Assembly (NCBI RefSeq): GCF_006345805.1
Contig: NC_043002.1
Location: 82,956,001-83,020,000, forward strand
Direction of reading: 5' to 3'
DNA from: Octopus sinensis
Lineage: Eukaryota
DNA: 64,000 bases
Part shown: one piece after another, positions 62,437 through 64,000 of the stretch
Layout: every line of letters begins with the position of its first letter
Position numbering within the stretch: the stretch's first letter is position 1
Made by a program: the position numbers and the translations under genes
Notes under the pieces: model-generated
Databases searched by the model: none
Seen by the model: only the letters and a program-made list of their open reading frames with translations
What the model was told of the DNA's origin: nothing

Positions 62437-63320
62437 TCATTGAATATATTTAATTAAAGATTTATATATATACGAATGTATAAGACCTTTTGCAAGTGAA
62501 AATTTTCTAAAACTTTTAAAAATAATTATATTATTAATATATATATATAAACGCTCGTATTAAGTATATAAATACTTTAATAGTATCAATACGTTAATAC
62601 AATAGAGCACTCAATATAAATTCAGTATATATTGTCATTGAATATATTTAACTAAAGATTTATATATATACGAATGTATAAGACCTTTTGCAAGTGAAAA
62701 TTTTCTAAAACTTTTAAAAATAATTATATTATTAATATATATATATAAACGCTCGTATTAAGTATATAAATACTTTAATAGTATCAATACGTTAATACAA
62801 TAGAGCACTCAATATAAATTCAGTATATATTCTCATTGAATATATTTAACTAAAGATTTATATATATACGAATGTATAAGACCTTTTGCAAGTGAAAATT
62901 TTCTAAAACTTTTAAAAATAATTATATTATTAATATATATATATAAACGCTCGTATTAAGTATATAAATACTTTAATAGTACTAATACGTTAATACAATA
63001 GAGCACTCAATATAAATTCAGTATATATTGTCATTGAATATATTTAATTAAAGGTTTATATATATACGAATGTATAAGACCTTTTGCAAGTGAAAATTTT
63101 CTGAAACTTTTTAAAATAATTATATTATTAATATATGTATATATAAACGCTCGTATTAAGTATATAAATACTTTAATAGTACTAATACGTTAATATAATA
63201 GAGCACTCAATATAAATTCAGTATATATTCTCATTGAATATATTTAACTAAAGATTTATAATTATATATACGGATGAATAAATCCTTTTACAAGTGAAAG
63301 TTTTCTAAATCTTGTTAAAA
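62437..63320. repeat. AT-rich tandem repeat, 198-bp unit, about 4.4 copies
   Basis: tcattgaatatatttaa starts at 62437, 62635, 62833, 63031 and 63231. Confidence 0.95.
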
Positions 63321-64000
63321 TGGCATAGTGTGTAGCCCTGGAAAATCCACTTTAGGTAAATATTGTTACATTATGAATACTTGCAGTATGCTATTGAAAA
63401 GTATCAATTGAATGAAAAAAAAATACAGGTGTTTCTTTATCATTTAAGTACCACCCAACAAAACACCTACAATAATAGCAACAACAAAGAAGGCGGCAAT
63501 AATGACGACGACGACGACAGCAACAATGCTACAAGAATATTTACAATTTATGTATAGATAATTAAACACACGTACATTTCTGTTAGTTAAATAGCATGTA
63601 TTTCCACAAAATACAGATGTAGTAAAAAGTATCTCATCTCAGCTAACTAATTGATCTGTCAGTATTTCCACGAAATTCAGACGTAGTCAAAGTATCCTAG
63701 CATAGAGACGGACAAACAGAGAGATGGTGACACATTGCTAATTATATTAATAAACAGGACAGGGTGAGGAGCTGGCAGAATCGTTAGCTCGCCGGGCAAA
63801 ATGCTTAGCGGTATTTCGTCTGTCTGTTATTAAAAATTTATTGTTGGAGTGTGTTCGTAAGTTTCTGTTAATTGTTATATCTCTTGTGCCTATTGTTGGA
63901 CTTATTGTTTAAAAATTGTATTATAGTTTTCTTTCGAAAGCTATCTGTGGTTTTCTCCTGTGGGGGAAAACATTAATTGCCGGCAAGATGCTGAAAAGTG

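Noticed and set aside
55600-64000. Expected head-to-head DUOX gene
   Set aside because: No signal-peptide or peroxidase-domain exon recognisable on the + strand in this interval.

Overview
AT-rich, repeat-dense eukaryotic DNA. The SINE, RTE and Penelope content and the (TA)n/(CA)n arrays point to a coleoid cephalopod, probably Octopus (inference). Two spliced genes converge tail-to-tail. On the + strand are the last four coding exons of CWF19L2 (1017-1172, 2365-2445, 6308-6409, 34285-34440; last intron about 27.9 kb). On the - strand is a complete 8-exon dual oxidase maturation factor gene (DUOXA/NIP-like; ATG 55432, stop 36542, 395 aa when spliced). The introns contain degraded CR1, RTE, HERO-type, Penelope-like (PLE), hAT and MULE elements, a non-autonomous Helitron, several MITEs, many tRNA-derived SINEs, microsatellites and a 198-bp tandem repeat. 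The most notable signals are: (i) about 11 intact or decayed minimal hammerhead ribozyme motifs with palindromic stem III, all within CWF19L2 introns; (ii) many fold-back palindromes, including a PLE with inverted hammerhead-bearing termini nested inside inverted RTE tails; (iii) an ORF1-only retroelement sharing its 3' tail with a SINE family; and (iv) an apparent switch in CpG content and transposon class near 33-34 kb. All calls were made by eye, without alignment or folding tools, and repeat boundaries are approximate.
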